From Escherichia coli (lineage in GTDB: Bacteria > Pseudomonadota > Gammaproteobacteria > Enterobacterales > Enterobacteriaceae): a stretch of 64,000 bases of DNA. A program made the translations under genes and the position numbers. The notes beneath the pieces were generated by a model. It searched no databases, had not been told where the DNA came from, and was given only the letters and a program-made list of their open reading frames with translations. Location: NCBI RefSeq assembly GCF_003334405.1, contig NZ_QOWM01000012.1, one strand, 5' to 3'. Of this stretch, positions 1 to 10,539 are shown one piece after another; positions within the stretch are counted from its first letter, which is position 1, and every line of letters begins with the position of its first letter.

Positions 1-2534
1 GTGTTTTTCGTCCCCAAATCCGTACTGGATGCGCTGGCGCTGTGGGTGTGCGATTTAATGCCGTCCTGTTCCTGAGACAATACGGCACGACCACTGGCGG
101 GTTTGCCCTTAATCGTCCAGCCACGCATATCAGGGATCACGCCTGACGGATAAGCGGCTGCAAGTTTCGGGTATGCAGATTTGTCAAAAGTCTGTCCCTG
201 CATCAGGGCATAGCCAGACGGAACGGTATCTGATGGCCACGGGATTGGTGCGCCAGGCGGATAAAACTGCTCTGATGGCGTATAGAGTGAATAAACTGTA
301 CCGTCCGTTAACCCTTCCGGCTTATTAGCAGAATATGCTGGTGACGTATGAATCGTCACGCTGGCATTACTGGTATAATCCCATTGAATATTTACACCAG
401 TCGCATAATTTCCGATTGCAACGTAAATATCGTAAGTATCACCAGATGTATTGACCCAGGCAAAATTTGTAAACCCTGTCGATGTGCGCTGCCATAAAGC
501 ACCAGTAATCCCCTTCGGATTACCATTACCTGCACGCAAAACAAGTTCAGATATACCTGCCTGTTGAGGTGACCCCACGTTAAATCCCGCGCCACCAATC
601 AACGTAATTGAAACAACAGAACTCGCCTGTGGCATGGTTACCGTTGCTAATTTGAACCAACCAGCACCACCGCTGAATGACATTGTTGTTGAGTTAAGCG
701 TACCAATATCTTTCGGCGTCAGTGTTATATCCGCTGAAAGCGCCTTACCATTCACCTTACGGGCAGAAGGTACCCGACCATTCGCATTATCATTAGCTGC
801 TTTCACTGCTTTCGGTGTCGCGGCAAGCGTTTCAGATGCGCTGTTGGTTGCACTACTGAGCTGGACAATTCCTTTTTGTGCTGTCGTAGCGTCCTGAGCA
901 GTATATTTCCCGTTAGCAAGGTCATAGGCTGCCTTTACCGACTTTGGCGTTGCCGCCAGCATTTCAGATGTGCTGTTGGTCGCGTTGCTAAGCTGAACTA
1001 TCCCTTTCTGTGCTGTCGTTGCATCCTGTGCGGTGTATTTCCCGTTAGCCAGCTCATACGCGGCCTTAACGGCTTTTGGCGTTGCCGCCAGTGACTCGGA
1101 AGTGCTGTTAGTCGCACTGCTGAGCTGTACTATCCCCTTTTTCGTCGTGCTCGCATCCTCAAGCGCCACGGCGGATGCAATATCCTCTGCCCGTTTTGCC
1201 GCTGTCTCGGCGCGCGTTGCCGCGGATTCCGCCGTACTTTTGCTCTGAGCTGCCGCCGTCGCACTGCCAGCTGCCTCTGTCGCCTTCGTGGATGCCGTCG
1301 TGGCGCTGCCCTTTGCTGCTGACGCCTGTCTGGTCGCCTCATCTTTTGAAGCAGACGCAGATGATGCCGATGACGCCGCCGAACTGGCGGACGATGCGGC
1401 AGCCGTTTTTGAGGATTCTGCGCTGGTTTCCGACGCTTTCGCGTTCGTCTCGGATGTCTTCGCTGCGGAAGCAGACCTCGCTGCTGCGCTGGCCTGTACA
1501 GCGGCTTCGCCAGCCTTCGTTGTGGCTGTTGAAGCAGACGATGCAGCACTTTCTGCCGATTTTCCGGCGGCGGTGGCACTGGCTGAGGCCTGCCCGGCAC
1601 TTGTTGACGCGGCACTGGCAGATAATGCAGCCGCTGTTTTTGAGCCTGCCGCAGCTGAGGCGCTCTGTCCCGCTGCCGTTTCAGAAGACCTGGCGTTCGT
1701 CTCGGACGTTTTTGCCGCCTTCGCAGAATTTGCTGCCGCCGTTGCCGAGGAAGCTGCGCTGCTGGCGCTCGAGGCTGCGTTCGTTTCTGATGATTTTGCC
1801 GCCTCTTTTGAAGCCGACGCATCCCGTGCTGAAGTGGCTGCTTCTGACGCTTTCGTGGTCGCGGTGGATGCAGAAGTGGCTGCTGATTGTTGTGACGCTG
1901 CCGCATTCGTTTCTGACGTTTTCGCCGCACCGGCACTGGTAGCCGCCGCGCTTTTTGAGGACTCTGCAGCGGCAGCACTTTTTGATGCCTCAGAGGCTTT
2001 TGCTGATGCCGTTCCTGCGCTGGAAAAAGCCTCCTGAGCCGACGTCGCGGCCTGTCCGGCTGACGTGCTGGCTGCACGTGCTGAGCCTGCAGCATCAGTC
2101 GCATGGGTTGCCGCCTCACTGGCAGATGTGCTGGCATCACTGGCTGACTTCTTCGCGGCTGCCGTGTTCTGTGCCACTGCGGACGCGTTACGCACCACCT
2201 CTTCCACCATCAGTTCAAAACGTCGCAATGCCTCCGGACGGGCATCATCCTCCGTCATGGCACCGAGAAAATCATTCAGCGTACCGGGTTGAGAATCTTC
2301 ATACACGGTGATGGTCCCGGCATGTGACGGCGGGAATCCTTCCACCAACAGAATAACGCTGTACTGACCGTACTCAACGTCCATGCTGTAACGCCCGGCT
2401 TCATCCGGATTTTCTGAGGCCAGCGTGTTCACCACCACCGTGGTGCTGTTACGTTTTGCTTTCAGCTGGATTGTGCAGTTCTGTACCGGTTTTCCTGTGC
2501 CGTCTTTCAGTACACCTGAAATCTTTACTGCCAT
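1..2534 (-). CDS. stf: Side tail fiber protein Stf, partial (C-terminal end lies beyond the window start)
   Basis: Minus-strand ATG at 2534 gives [30 protein letters not shown]..., matching the lambda Stf N-terminus; a fragment at 1141-1200 translates [19 protein letters not shown] in the same frame; my manual scan of that frame from 1140 to 1 found no stop. Absent from the ORF track because it has no stop inside the window. Confidence 0.8.
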   Translation of the reverse strand, partial: MAVKISGVLKDGTGKPVQNCTIQLKAKRNSTTVVVNTLASENPDEAGRYSMDVEYGQYSVILLVEGFPPSHAGTITVYEDSQPGTLNDFLGAMTEDDARPEALRRFELMVEEVVRNASAVAQNTAAAKKSASDASTSASEAATHATDAAGSARAASTSAGQAATSAQEAFSSAGTASAKASEASKSAAAAESSKSAAATSAGAAKTSETNAAASQQSAATSASTATTKASEAATSARDASASKEAAKSSETNAASSASSAASSATAAANSAKAAKTSETNARSSETAAGQSASAAAGSKTAAALSASAASTSAGQASASATAAGKSAESAASSASTATTKAGEAAVQASAAARSASAAKTSETNAKASETSAESSKTAAASSASSAASSASSASASKDEATRQASAAKGSATTASTKATEAAGSATAAAQSKSTAESAATRAETAAKRAEDIASAVALEDASTTKKGIVQLSSATNSTSESLAATPKAVKAAYELANGKYTAQDATTAQKGIVQLSNATNSTSEMLAATPKSVKAAYDLANGKYTAQDATTAQKGIVQLSSATNSASETLAATPKAVKAANDNANGRVPSARKVNGKALSADITLTPKDIGTLNSTTMSFSGGAGWFKLATVTMPQASSVVSITLIGGAGFNVGSPQQAGISELVLRAGNGNPKGITGALWQRTSTGFTNFAWVNTSGDTYDIYVAIGNYATGVNIQWDYTSNASVTIHTSPAYSANKPEGLTDGTVYSLYTPSEQFYPPGAPIPWPSDTVPSGYALMQGQTFDKSAYPKLAAAYPSGVIPDMRGWTIKGKPASGRAVLSQEQDGIKSHTHSASASSTDLGTKN
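780..1150. repeat. About 2.5 tandem copies of a ~132-bp unit inside stf (44-aa peptide repeat)
   Basis: Recurring blocks gctgttggt...tttcccgttagc...ggcgttgccgccag at ~132-bp spacing. Confidence 0.6.
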
Positions 2535-2545
2535 ATTCACCCCAC

Positions 2546-2576
2546 AAAAAAGCCCGCCTGAACCGGCGGGCTGTCA
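2546..2576 (-). terminator. Putative rho-independent terminator between lom and stf
   Basis: Minus-strand hairpin gcccgccggttcaggcgggc followed by a T-run. Confidence 0.5.
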
Positions 2577-2598
2577 TAACACTGTGTTACCTGGCTAA

Positions 2599-3198
2599 TC
2601 AGAATTTATAACCGACACCCATGATGAAACCGTCAGTGCGCCAGTCGCCACTGCCGGAGCCTTCATAAGCAATATCAATGGCCACGGATTCGGTCGGGTT
2701 AAACTGCACGCCAGCTCCCCACGCCAGAGACGTGTTGCTGTGGCGACCGTCATCACTTCCGGTCAGCACGTCGTGCGTTTTCCCCTTGTTGTCAGTTACG
2801 CGGAGATAATCCCCGGAGAAAGTCGACACACGGCTGTAAGCCACACCCGCCATCGCATACGCGCTGAACCATTCATTCACGCGCACAGACGGCCCCGCCA
2901 TCACGCTGAACCAGCGGTTACGAACGGAATCTTCATGCCAGCGGGTATCGCTGTAATGGGTCAGCTGGCGATTCTTGTCTCCTGCATAGCTGAATGACGT
3001 CACCATCCCCAGTGTGTCCGTAAACTCATAACGGTATTTCACGTTAATCCCGTTCAGATCATCGCTGCCGGGAACGTTCGTCGAGGCATGAAGATACCCC
3101 GCGCTCAGCGTGGACTGATGTTCAGATGCCCATGCAGGCGCACCGGATACGGCCAGACAAATGGCTGCGGAAAAAATGGCGGCATAAAGTTTACGCAT
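2599..3198 (-). CDS. lom: Lom/Ail-family outer membrane beta-barrel protein
   Basis: 199-aa ORF with signal peptide MRKLYAAIFSAAICLAVSGAPAWA and C-terminal GVGYKF; sits between J and stf as in lambda. Confidence 0.85.
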   Translation of the reverse strand: MRKLYAAIFSAAICLAVSGAPAWASEHQSTLSAGYLHASTNVPGSDDLNGINVKYRYEFTDTLGMVTSFSYAGDKNRQLTHYSDTRWHEDSVRNRWFSVMAGPSVRVNEWFSAYAMAGVAYSRVSTFSGDYLRVTDNKGKTHDVLTGSDDGRHSNTSLAWGAGVQFNPTESVAIDIAYEGSGSGDWRTDGFIMGVGYKF

Positions 3199-3220
3199 AA
3201 TTACCTCTCGCTTTTCTGCA

Positions 3221-3250
3221 ATAAAAAAGGCACCATTTCTGGTGCCCTTA
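3221..3250 (-). terminator. Putative rho-independent terminator downstream of the J remnant
   Basis: Minus-strand hairpin ggcaccagaaatggtgcc followed by ttttttatt. Confidence 0.45.
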
Positions 3251-3267
3251 TATGGGTTATAACAATT

Positions 3268-5294
3268 TCAACGAATACTGATGCCGGAAGCGGCTTTTTT
3301 GGTCACAATCACCGTACAGTCGGTGATATTACCTGCCCGCTGATTGCCTTTATGGAAAACCTTAAACTCCAGAGTGACGCTTCCCCTGCCACTCGGCATA
3401 TCAATAACCGCACTGTAGCTACCGGGAATGGCCCCTTTAGTTTCTCTGGATGCGATTAATACACCGTTTTTGCGAACTTCAAAACCATAACCCGTGTATC
3501 TTGTACCTCCCGGGTTATTACCACTTCCCGGATCGCTATACGCTATTCCGTTAAAGATAATGGGCGGAATAATAATCTGACGGTCAAAGTTATGATCATC
3601 GCTGATGGTGACTGTAACCGTCCCGTTTGGTGTTTCCGTGTTACCCCACGTACCAGCCTGTTTCGGAAATGATTTGGATACAGCTTTAACGAAGTCACCT
3701 CTGACCTGAGTCGCCTCCAGCATGCCCTTAATCGTACAGTTTTCATTTACCGTGACATTGTTGAGCGTCCCGGCGTTCGCATTCACACTGCCACTGATAT
3801 CCGCATTTTTAGCGGTCAGCTTTCCGTCCGGTGTCAGGGAAAATGCCGGTGGATTTCCACCGCTGGTAATGGTGGGGGCCGTCAGGCGTTTCAGGAACAC
3901 GTCGTTCATGAATATCTGATCGCCCTGACCAACAAACATCGGTTTTGTGTTGCCATTCGCAGGATTAACCATCGCAATCCTGTCCGCCGCCAGCAGCACC
4001 TGACTCTGCATGCCGTCAGGGGTGTTCTCAATACCGGCACCAATACCCGCGATATAAAGGCGTCCGTCCTGCATCTGCTGCAGCTTCACAGCCCACATGC
4101 TGTTCAGGTTATTATTTGTATCAACCTGAACCTTCTGTATCTGCTGAATTGCCGCACTCTGGTCTTCCAGTTTCTTATTGACGGTCTGCGTGATTTCATT
4201 GCTGACATCCGTAATGGACGTCCTGATTTCAGCCAGGTCAGGCGCAAGCTGACCGTTATCAATCTGCGTCCACAGCTCCTGAGCCAGATGGGTTTTCCCT
4301 ATCTCGCCTTTGAAAAAATCCAGATAGCCGGATGCATCATCACTCGGCCGACCAACAGCCTCCACGAATGCCGATTTGCCAACGGTGTTCACACTGCGAA
4401 CGTAAAAATAATAATCATGGCCCGGTTTGATATTGATACTGGCGGCTATCCAGTACAGCGCCGTACCAAGATAACGCGCGCTGGTTTCAACCTGCCTGAT
4501 ATCAGCAATCCGTTTTTCCGAGAACCAGAACTCAAACTGTACCGTCGGATCATAAACCGCAAGATGCGGCGTGGCGGTTATCTGAAAATAGCCCGGCGTC
4601 AGCTCAATCCGCGACGGCGCTGCCGGTGCGGCAACAGGCGCTGGCGCAACGTCGGCAGCTTCAGCCCCCATACGCTGTATTCAGCAACGCCGTCAGGAAC
4701 ACGGCTCACTTTCACCTTCACGCCGCCGGTGACGGACTGAACCTCCACGCTGACCGGACTCCCCTGCCCGTCAACCAGGCTTATCAGCGTGGTACCGGAG
4801 GATGGCAGCGTGATTTCACGGTCGAGCGTCAGCGTCCGGGTCTGGCTGTTTACCGCCAGCACGCGCCCGCCGGTGCGGATACCGGCATAGTCATCATCGC
4901 AGATTTCAATGACATCGCCCGGTACATGGCGAAGCCCTTCGGCACCCACGCTGAAGTCCACGGTCTGCGTTTCCAGCAGTTCTGTTTTAATCAGCCACAG
5001 CCCGGCGCGGTGTGCCTGCCCCCGGCTGGTACAGCCAAAGGCATCCATCTTCGTGACGTTACGACCGTAACGGGCAATGGCCTGCGTGTCCTCCACAAGC
5101 TCTGTTGCCGTCTCCCAGCCGTTGTCCGGGTCAATCCAGTTCACCTCAACGGCATTATGGCGGTCCTTCAGGGCGCTGAAGCTGTAGCGGAACGGCGCGT
5201 CATCATCCGGCATCACCACATTACTGCGGTTATAGGTCCACACCTTATCCCGAAGAAAACACCACCAGAGAGACCGCAGGTCCGGACAGAGCAT
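3268..5294 (-). pseudogene. J: Tail tip host-specificity protein J remnant: N-terminally truncated, with an internal out-of-frame deletion near 4640-4680
   Basis: ORF 4599..5294 matches the central region of lambda J (FRYSFSALKDRHNAVEVNWIDP...[14 protein letters not shown]); ORF 3268..4671 matches the J C-terminus ([36 protein letters not shown]...); the two frames overlap at 4599-4671. Confidence 0.8.
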
Positions 5295-5413
5295 TCAGCT
5301 CTGCCAGTGTTTCTCCCGGGATCACAGTCATATCGACATCATTAATCGAGGCTGTCTTTCCCATCTTTCTGACCGTGATAGCATCCATACGCGCTGCCAG
5401 CCGGGAAAAGGGA

Positions 5414-5782
5414 TCAGACATTGAGTTTTACCGGCACTTCTTCTGCACTGGTTCCGGCATCTGCCCAGACAACCCCGACCAGCGGATCAGAGCCGCTGTT
5501 AGTCAGCTGAATTTTTCCGGACTTCAGATAAACCTTCTTACCCGTTTTCATGTCATCCGTTTTCAGCTTAGGCAGCATAAACACACCTTCGGTCATGCCG
5601 TCGCCTGTTTCACCCTGTGGAATATCGGTCAGCGCCACCGCAAAAACATCGCCCACCTGCACCAGATCTCCGCTGCTGATGGCTGCACTGGCAACAATCG
5701 CCACCGTTTTTCCTTCTTCTACAAAATTCTTTGCCATAACTGTCTCCGCACAGCCCCGTTCAGGGGCTGATTTCAGGTACAA
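5414..5782 (-). CDS. Small head decoration/cement-like protein (DUF2190-like)
   Basis: 122-aa ORF MAKNFVEEGKTVAIVASAAISSGDLVQVGD..., directly downstream of the capsid gene. Confidence 0.6.
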   Translation of the reverse strand: MYLKSAPERGCAETVMAKNFVEEGKTVAIVASAAISSGDLVQVGDVFAVALTDIPQGETGDGMTEGVFMLPKLKTDDMKTGKKVYLKSGKIQLTNSGSDPLVGVVWADAGTSAEEVPVKLNV

Positions 5783-5823
5783 AAAAAGCCCTTACGGGCC
5801 ATCAGAGTTGTTGTCTGCGACGT

Positions 5824-7782
5824 TTACGCCGTACATTTCACCAGACCGCGGTGATCAACTGGCGCGACACCGGCGTCAATACGCACTTTCGTTGTCACGC
5901 CATCCACACTGAAGCCCTCCATCTGATCAATATATGGCGTATCCACACCGTTGAGATAAGCCACTTCAATCGTATCGGAGCCTTTTGACGCAGCCAGGTA
6001 GAAGGTGGTCTGGCTGTTATCATCAAGACGAGGCTCTGCAATAACGGTCGCAAAATCTTTCACCGGGTTAATAATACCGGCGTTAATGTCAGCCCCCTTG
6101 ACACTTGAGGAGCGAATGACCTGGTTAGCAACAGACTCCATCGCCGTCGGTACCAGTACGAACGCAGGACGAATATTCAGATGACGCTCCCCCTCTTTCT
6201 GAACGCGCATCAACTGGCGGGCTTTATCCAGCGATGCCACGTCCATTGCAGCGCTCTCCAGTACGTTTGCATGTTTCGCTTTATCGAACAGACTTACATT
6301 ATCTGTGGAGATTTTCGGGTTAGACGTCAGAATGGCATAAACCAGATCGGCAATAGTGGATTTCGCCGCACGGCCCAGTTTCATCGGGACATCGGTCAGC
6401 ATATTCAGATCATCATTGATAATGGCCTGACGGGTGATACTGAACAGCTCGCCATAGGTCGCCAGTGCAATAGTGGCCTGTTTATCTCCGGTGGTGACGT
6501 ATTTATATTCCGCCCCTTCACGCACCTGACGCAGAGCACTGAAGCCCCCCATACCCACACGATGGGCAATTTTAAAATCAGACAACTGACCTTTCCGCGT
6601 CCACTGTTCATAGGTTTCAGGGGCATCTTCCCAGCCCTGCAGAATGGCTTTGTTCGCAACATCCAGCAGAATATTACCGAAGTCAGACGTACTGTGTGTG
6701 AACGCCGCACCGACCATCTGCATCGGGTTATAACCGGAAACCCCAATACCCCGTTCAGTTAGTGACATACGGGCATATTCACGCAGGGTCATCCCGTTGT
6801 AGACATTATCACGTTCGGTTTTTTCAAATCCGGCACGCGCCATCAGCGCCTGGCGAATCCCGTCCCCCACAAAATTACCGTTACCGGCATAAATATGAGC
6901 CGGGGTATTTTTATTGGATGGCGTGGACTCGCGCCCCATCTCGTTCAACAGCTTTTCACGGGCCTGCTCCAGCGAACATTCAGGATCGGCAAGACACTGA
7001 GCCTGCAGCGTCTGATAACGCCCGCCAAACATGGCAAACAGATCATTAATACCGTTTACACGCGCTTTTTGCTCTGCCAGTACCTGCGCACGGATGCTGT
7101 TTTCATCCACCACGGGTGCTGCTGCCTGCACTGGCGTCCGGGAGGCTTCAGATTCATTATCCTGTACGCGTGGAGCACTGTTGCGTGGCGGAGTAATCAT
7201 GTTTCGAATGGATTCCGGCATCTTTTTAAATTCCTCTGTACGTTTTGACTGAATACATGCCATTGCCTTAACGGCTGGCGTTACCTGATCAGCAAATCCA
7301 TGTGCCAGACATTCGGCACCGGACATCCAGGTCTCATCCGCCAGCATGGCAGCAATTTCATCGGTGGTTTTCCCGGTTTTCTGTGCATAAGCGGGTAACA
7401 GAACCGCCTCAACTTTATCGAGCAGGTCGGCATAGGTGCGCATGTCCTCCGCATCACCGCCCGTAAAGCCAAATGGTTTATGAATCATCATGAAGGTGTT
7501 TTCCGGCATAATGACCGGGTTTCCTACCATCGCAATGACCGACGCCATTGACGCCGCCACACCGTCGACATAAACGGTAATGGACGCACCATGTGTTTTC
7601 AGCGCATTAAAAATGGCGATGCCTTCAAAGACATCGCCACCCGGTGAATTAATATGGAGATTAATGTGGGTGATATCGCCCAGTGCATTCAGATCACTGA
7701 TAAACTGCTTCGCTGTAACACCCCAGAAACCAATCTCGTCATAAATATAAATATCCGCGTCACTCTGGTGACCAGCCTGCAT
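5824..7782 (-). CDS. ClpP-like prohead protease fused to an HK97-fold major capsid protein
   Basis: ORF track gives 5824..8043 (739 aa); the first ~87 codons overlap the terminase ORF, so the likely start is the ATG at 7782 (MQAGHQSDADIYIYDEIGFW). ClpP-like block NSPGGDVFEGIAIFNALK...ASMASVIAMVG, then a capsid-like C-terminal half. Confidence 0.8.
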   Translation of the reverse strand: MQAGHQSDADIYIYDEIGFWGVTAKQFISDLNALGDITHINLHINSPGGDVFEGIAIFNALKTHGASITVYVDGVAASMASVIAMVGNPVIMPENTFMMIHKPFGFTGGDAEDMRTYADLLDKVEAVLLPAYAQKTGKTTDEIAAMLADETWMSGAECLAHGFADQVTPAVKAMACIQSKRTEEFKKMPESIRNMITPPRNSAPRVQDNESEASRTPVQAAAPVVDENSIRAQVLAEQKARVNGINDLFAMFGGRYQTLQAQCLADPECSLEQAREKLLNEMGRESTPSNKNTPAHIYAGNGNFVGDGIRQALMARAGFEKTERDNVYNGMTLREYARMSLTERGIGVSGYNPMQMVGAAFTHSTSDFGNILLDVANKAILQGWEDAPETYEQWTRKGQLSDFKIAHRVGMGGFSALRQVREGAEYKYVTTGDKQATIALATYGELFSITRQAIINDDLNMLTDVPMKLGRAAKSTIADLVYAILTSNPKISTDNVSLFDKAKHANVLESAAMDVASLDKARQLMRVQKEGERHLNIRPAFVLVPTAMESVANQVIRSSSVKGADINAGIINPVKDFATVIAEPRLDDNSQTTFYLAASKGSDTIEVAYLNGVDTPYIDQMEGFSVDGVTTKVRIDAGVAPVDHRGLVKCTA

Positions 7783-7795
7783 CCTGAACCAGGAA

Positions 7796-9592
7796 TTATT
7801 CTTCGGACTGGTCGTCGGTGTGCTGCGGCTCCTGTCGTTTCGTTGCGGCACTACTGCCTCCTTTATCACTGGCCGGATCGGTATCAAATACCAGATCCAG
7901 CTTGCGGTTTTCATCAATTTCGGCCTTGCGCCGACGTTTGACATCATCCGGATTACGACCACCAGCACGTACCCAGTCTGATTCTGTCGCCGCTCCACCA
8001 CGAATCTGGATTTTCCAGGCCTCAGCCTCCTTAACAGGGTCAATCCACGGCATCACTGGTCCGGAATACACCGCGGTATACAGTGAAGAACGGTCAAGAT
8101 CGCGGGGTAGCCTGATAACACCGGATGCCACAGCCTGTTTCAGCCACGCACGATACATCGGGCGGGTGACGGCACCAATAAACCAGTCCTGCAGGATCAG
8201 GTAGCTGGCCGGATCAATTCGCTGGCTCTCCCCGTCGCTGTCACCGCGCAATGACTGCGTGATGTTGTAACGATCAATAATCCAGCGTTCGCCACGGCTG
8301 CCATAGCCCGTTACCTGAACCACAAAACGGCGATGACGTCCCGCCTGCACATCCACTGTCGCCACAAGGAAATTAACGCCATCCGGCACACTGCGGGAAG
8401 GAACTGGCTCTGCCCGCTGCTCAAGCAGTTCACTTTTTCGTTGCTCCATGCTGGCGCGGGGAAGATAAGGTAATCCCCAGTCGGTATTGATAACCGTCTT
8501 GAGTGTTTCTTCACTTCCGGTTGTCTCGTATTCCTGTTCTGCAGTAAGCAGTTTGTAAACGAGTTGCGAGAGTGTCTGGTAAGCAGCTGCCGGACCCTCC
8601 ATCCAGAATGACGCAATACGTGAGCGTCGGGGATCACCATAACGACTGCCATCCGCATTGATGGATTCACCATCCCGCAACCAGACCCCACGTCCGTTCA
8701 GCTCACGTTTGTGTTCAGGCATAATCCGTCCTGAACAGGAAGGACACTGAATATAAGCCGCCTCACTTGCCAGCACGGGATCGGCAATATCACGGAAACC
8801 AGCAACCACATCGCCGCAGGGCTGAAAATACTCACCACAGTGTGGACAGGGCCAGTACCAGCGACGGCGATCGCCACGGTTATAGAGCGACAGTATCCCC
8901 GTGGTTGGTGGAGCCTCATGCGGTGAAGTCCGTCGCCATTTCACATCCTTCACATCCCTGCCGGGGGAACTCTCCACAAGCGTCATACCACTGGACATAA
9001 ATGTTGTGGTACGTTTTGAGGCAAGAGAGAAAGCATCCCCCTCGCCATCAATATCTTCCGGAAAACGGTCATAATCCGTCAGCGCGACGCATTTATAATC
9101 TGATGAGGACATGATATTGACTGACGGCCAGCCGATTTTCAGGTAGTTACCAGCAAGGAATGTTCTGTCATAAACGTTGTTGTCATTTTTGTTCGGACTC
9201 AGGCGACTGACCACTTCCGGGCTGACGCGAAACGTTCTGGCGAGTCGTTTTTTGGAGTGTTCGCGGGCTTTTTCCTCCGTCATCTGAATGATCAGCATAT
9301 CAGCAGGATCGCAAATCACGTTGTAAATCACCCAGCCGTCAATCAGGCCGATAGTCTTGCCGGTTCGTGCCGGGCCAACAAATATCACTGCGTCGTATTC
9401 ACGCGAGGCCAGGCAGTTCATCGGCTCAATAACATACGGTGCCACCAGCGGATCCCACGGGACTGAGTTCCCTGCCCCCATGGGCACCCGCATATACTGA
9501 GCAACGGCATCAGCAACCCGCATTCGTCTCGGTGCGCGAAGGATATAACCTGAATCGGTTCGTGCTGCCTTTGCGGTTTCCTGATTCAGCAT
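7796..9592 (-). CDS. Terminase large subunit, lambda GpA family (the C-terminal ~90 aa may be a fused remnant, see findings)
   Basis: 598-aa ORF with Walker A VGPARTGKT and zinc-finger-like WPCPHCGEYF...CPSCSG, typical of GpA-type terminases. Confidence 0.85.
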   Translation of the reverse strand: MLNQETAKAARTDSGYILRAPRRMRVADAVAQYMRVPMGAGNSVPWDPLVAPYVIEPMNCLASREYDAVIFVGPARTGKTIGLIDGWVIYNVICDPADMLIIQMTEEKAREHSKKRLARTFRVSPEVVSRLSPNKNDNNVYDRTFLAGNYLKIGWPSVNIMSSSDYKCVALTDYDRFPEDIDGEGDAFSLASKRTTTFMSSGMTLVESSPGRDVKDVKWRRTSPHEAPPTTGILSLYNRGDRRRWYWPCPHCGEYFQPCGDVVAGFRDIADPVLASEAAYIQCPSCSGRIMPEHKRELNGRGVWLRDGESINADGSRYGDPRRSRIASFWMEGPAAAYQTLSQLVYKLLTAEQEYETTGSEETLKTVINTDWGLPYLPRASMEQRKSELLEQRAEPVPSRSVPDGVNFLVATVDVQAGRHRRFVVQVTGYGSRGERWIIDRYNITQSLRGDSDGESQRIDPASYLILQDWFIGAVTRPMYRAWLKQAVASGVIRLPRDLDRSSLYTAVYSGPVMPWIDPVKEAEAWKIQIRGGAATESDWVRAGGRNPDDVKRRRKAEIDENRKLDLVFDTDPASDKGGSSAATKRQEPQHTDDQSEE

Positions 9593-10086
9593 TACTCCTC
9601 CTGCTGTAATTCCTCCTCATCATCCGCACCTGCTTCAGTCACCCGCAGGGCTATCTGATCGCGCAGATCATCAATAATGGACTGAACACGGCTCACAGCG
9701 GCAGGCTGCAGACCGCAGTCACGTTCAAGAATATCCGGTAATGTCTCCAGCACCTGCACGACCGCTTTTGCCCAGATGGCAAACTCCCGTCTGACATCAC
9801 TGGCCGGAATGAGTTGTGCCGTTTCCTGTTCGAACTTAAGACGCTCACGTTCAGACTGATACCAAGCTTTGCGCTCATGCGCGTCCATTTCGCCTTCTGC
9901 AACCGGCGGTGGTAATGCCAGAAATGCCGACACAATATCAACCACCCGATAAAGCTTGAGGTTGCTTTCATGCCCCCCTGCAACGGGTAGATTTTGCAGC
10001 CTTGCCGCAGCAGTCTGGCGATGTACACCTGACAGTGCCGCCAGTTGACTGATATTCAGCGTCAGATTTTTCAACTCTCGATCCAT
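9592..10086 (-). CDS. Terminase small subunit (Nu1-like)
   Basis: 164-aa ORF directly upstream of and overlapping the terminase large subunit start; N-terminal HTH-like LTLNISQLAALSGVHRQTAAARL; acidic C-terminus. Confidence 0.75.
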   Translation of the reverse strand: MDRELKNLTLNISQLAALSGVHRQTAAARLQNLPVAGGHESNLKLYRVVDIVSAFLALPPPVAEGEMDAHERKAWYQSERERLKFEQETAQLIPASDVRREFAIWAKAVVQVLETLPDILERDCGLQPAAVSRVQSIIDDLRDQIALRVTEAGADDEEELQQEE

Positions 10087-10249
10087 ACCCGCTCCAGAAT
10101 GTTTTAAACATGCATCTTGCGAACAACTTTAGGCAAACGGTGTTAGCGATGAACAAAAAACAATCAAAATCGACACCGTAAAAATAAAAACACTGTAATA
10201 TCAATATATTACAGTAGTGGTGATGACGAATAAAATTTCAAAAACTAGC

Positions 10250-10290
10250 CTTTTTCCGCGACGCTCCCGCCCCGTGGCAGGCCACCCCAC
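10250..10290. other. Candidate cos site
   Basis: Minus-strand CACGGGGCGGGAGCGTCGCGG followed downstream by TTCGTCAT, resembling lambda cosN GGGGCGGCGACCTCGCGG...CTTCGTCAT; lies just upstream of the Nu1-like gene. Confidence 0.4.
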
Positions 10291-10539
10291 CGGAAGGACC
10301 CGCCAAAATGAGAGTGATTATCACCATTGCTGATGAATAAATTGATGAAAATCATTGAAACGCCTTTCAGCAAGATAACGGCGACGGTCGTTGTTGAACT
10401 CCGTAGCTCTGCTACTAAGGTTAAAAGCATGGCCATCTTTTGCCACCGGCAAATCTTCAATGGATTTCCCCTGCCGGTTTTTTATTCCTCACATTATCGC
10501 AGCCCCTCAGTGAAGGGCTGCTGTAATGCCTGCTCTTAC

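Noticed and set aside
1288-2037. 249-aa plus-strand ORF rich in Ala/Asp/Glu
   Set aside because: Antisense shadow of the Ala/Ser-rich stf repeat region; low-complexity composition with no start context
1130-2140. 336-aa minus-strand ORF that is extremely Arg/Gln/Pro-rich
   Set aside because: It is an alternative frame of the stf gene; the real frame on the same strand encodes the lambda-like Stf protein starting at 2534
6181-6762. 193-aa plus-strand ORF inside the capsid gene, and similar antisense ORFs across the flagellar genes (for example 46304..46807, 50462..50791, 59063..59605)
   Set aside because: They lie entirely inside well-supported genes on the opposite strand and have no motif support
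5824-8043. 739-aa form of the protease-capsid ORF
   Set aside because: Its first ~87 codons overlap the terminase large subunit gene by about 250 bp; the ATG at 7782 is the more plausible start
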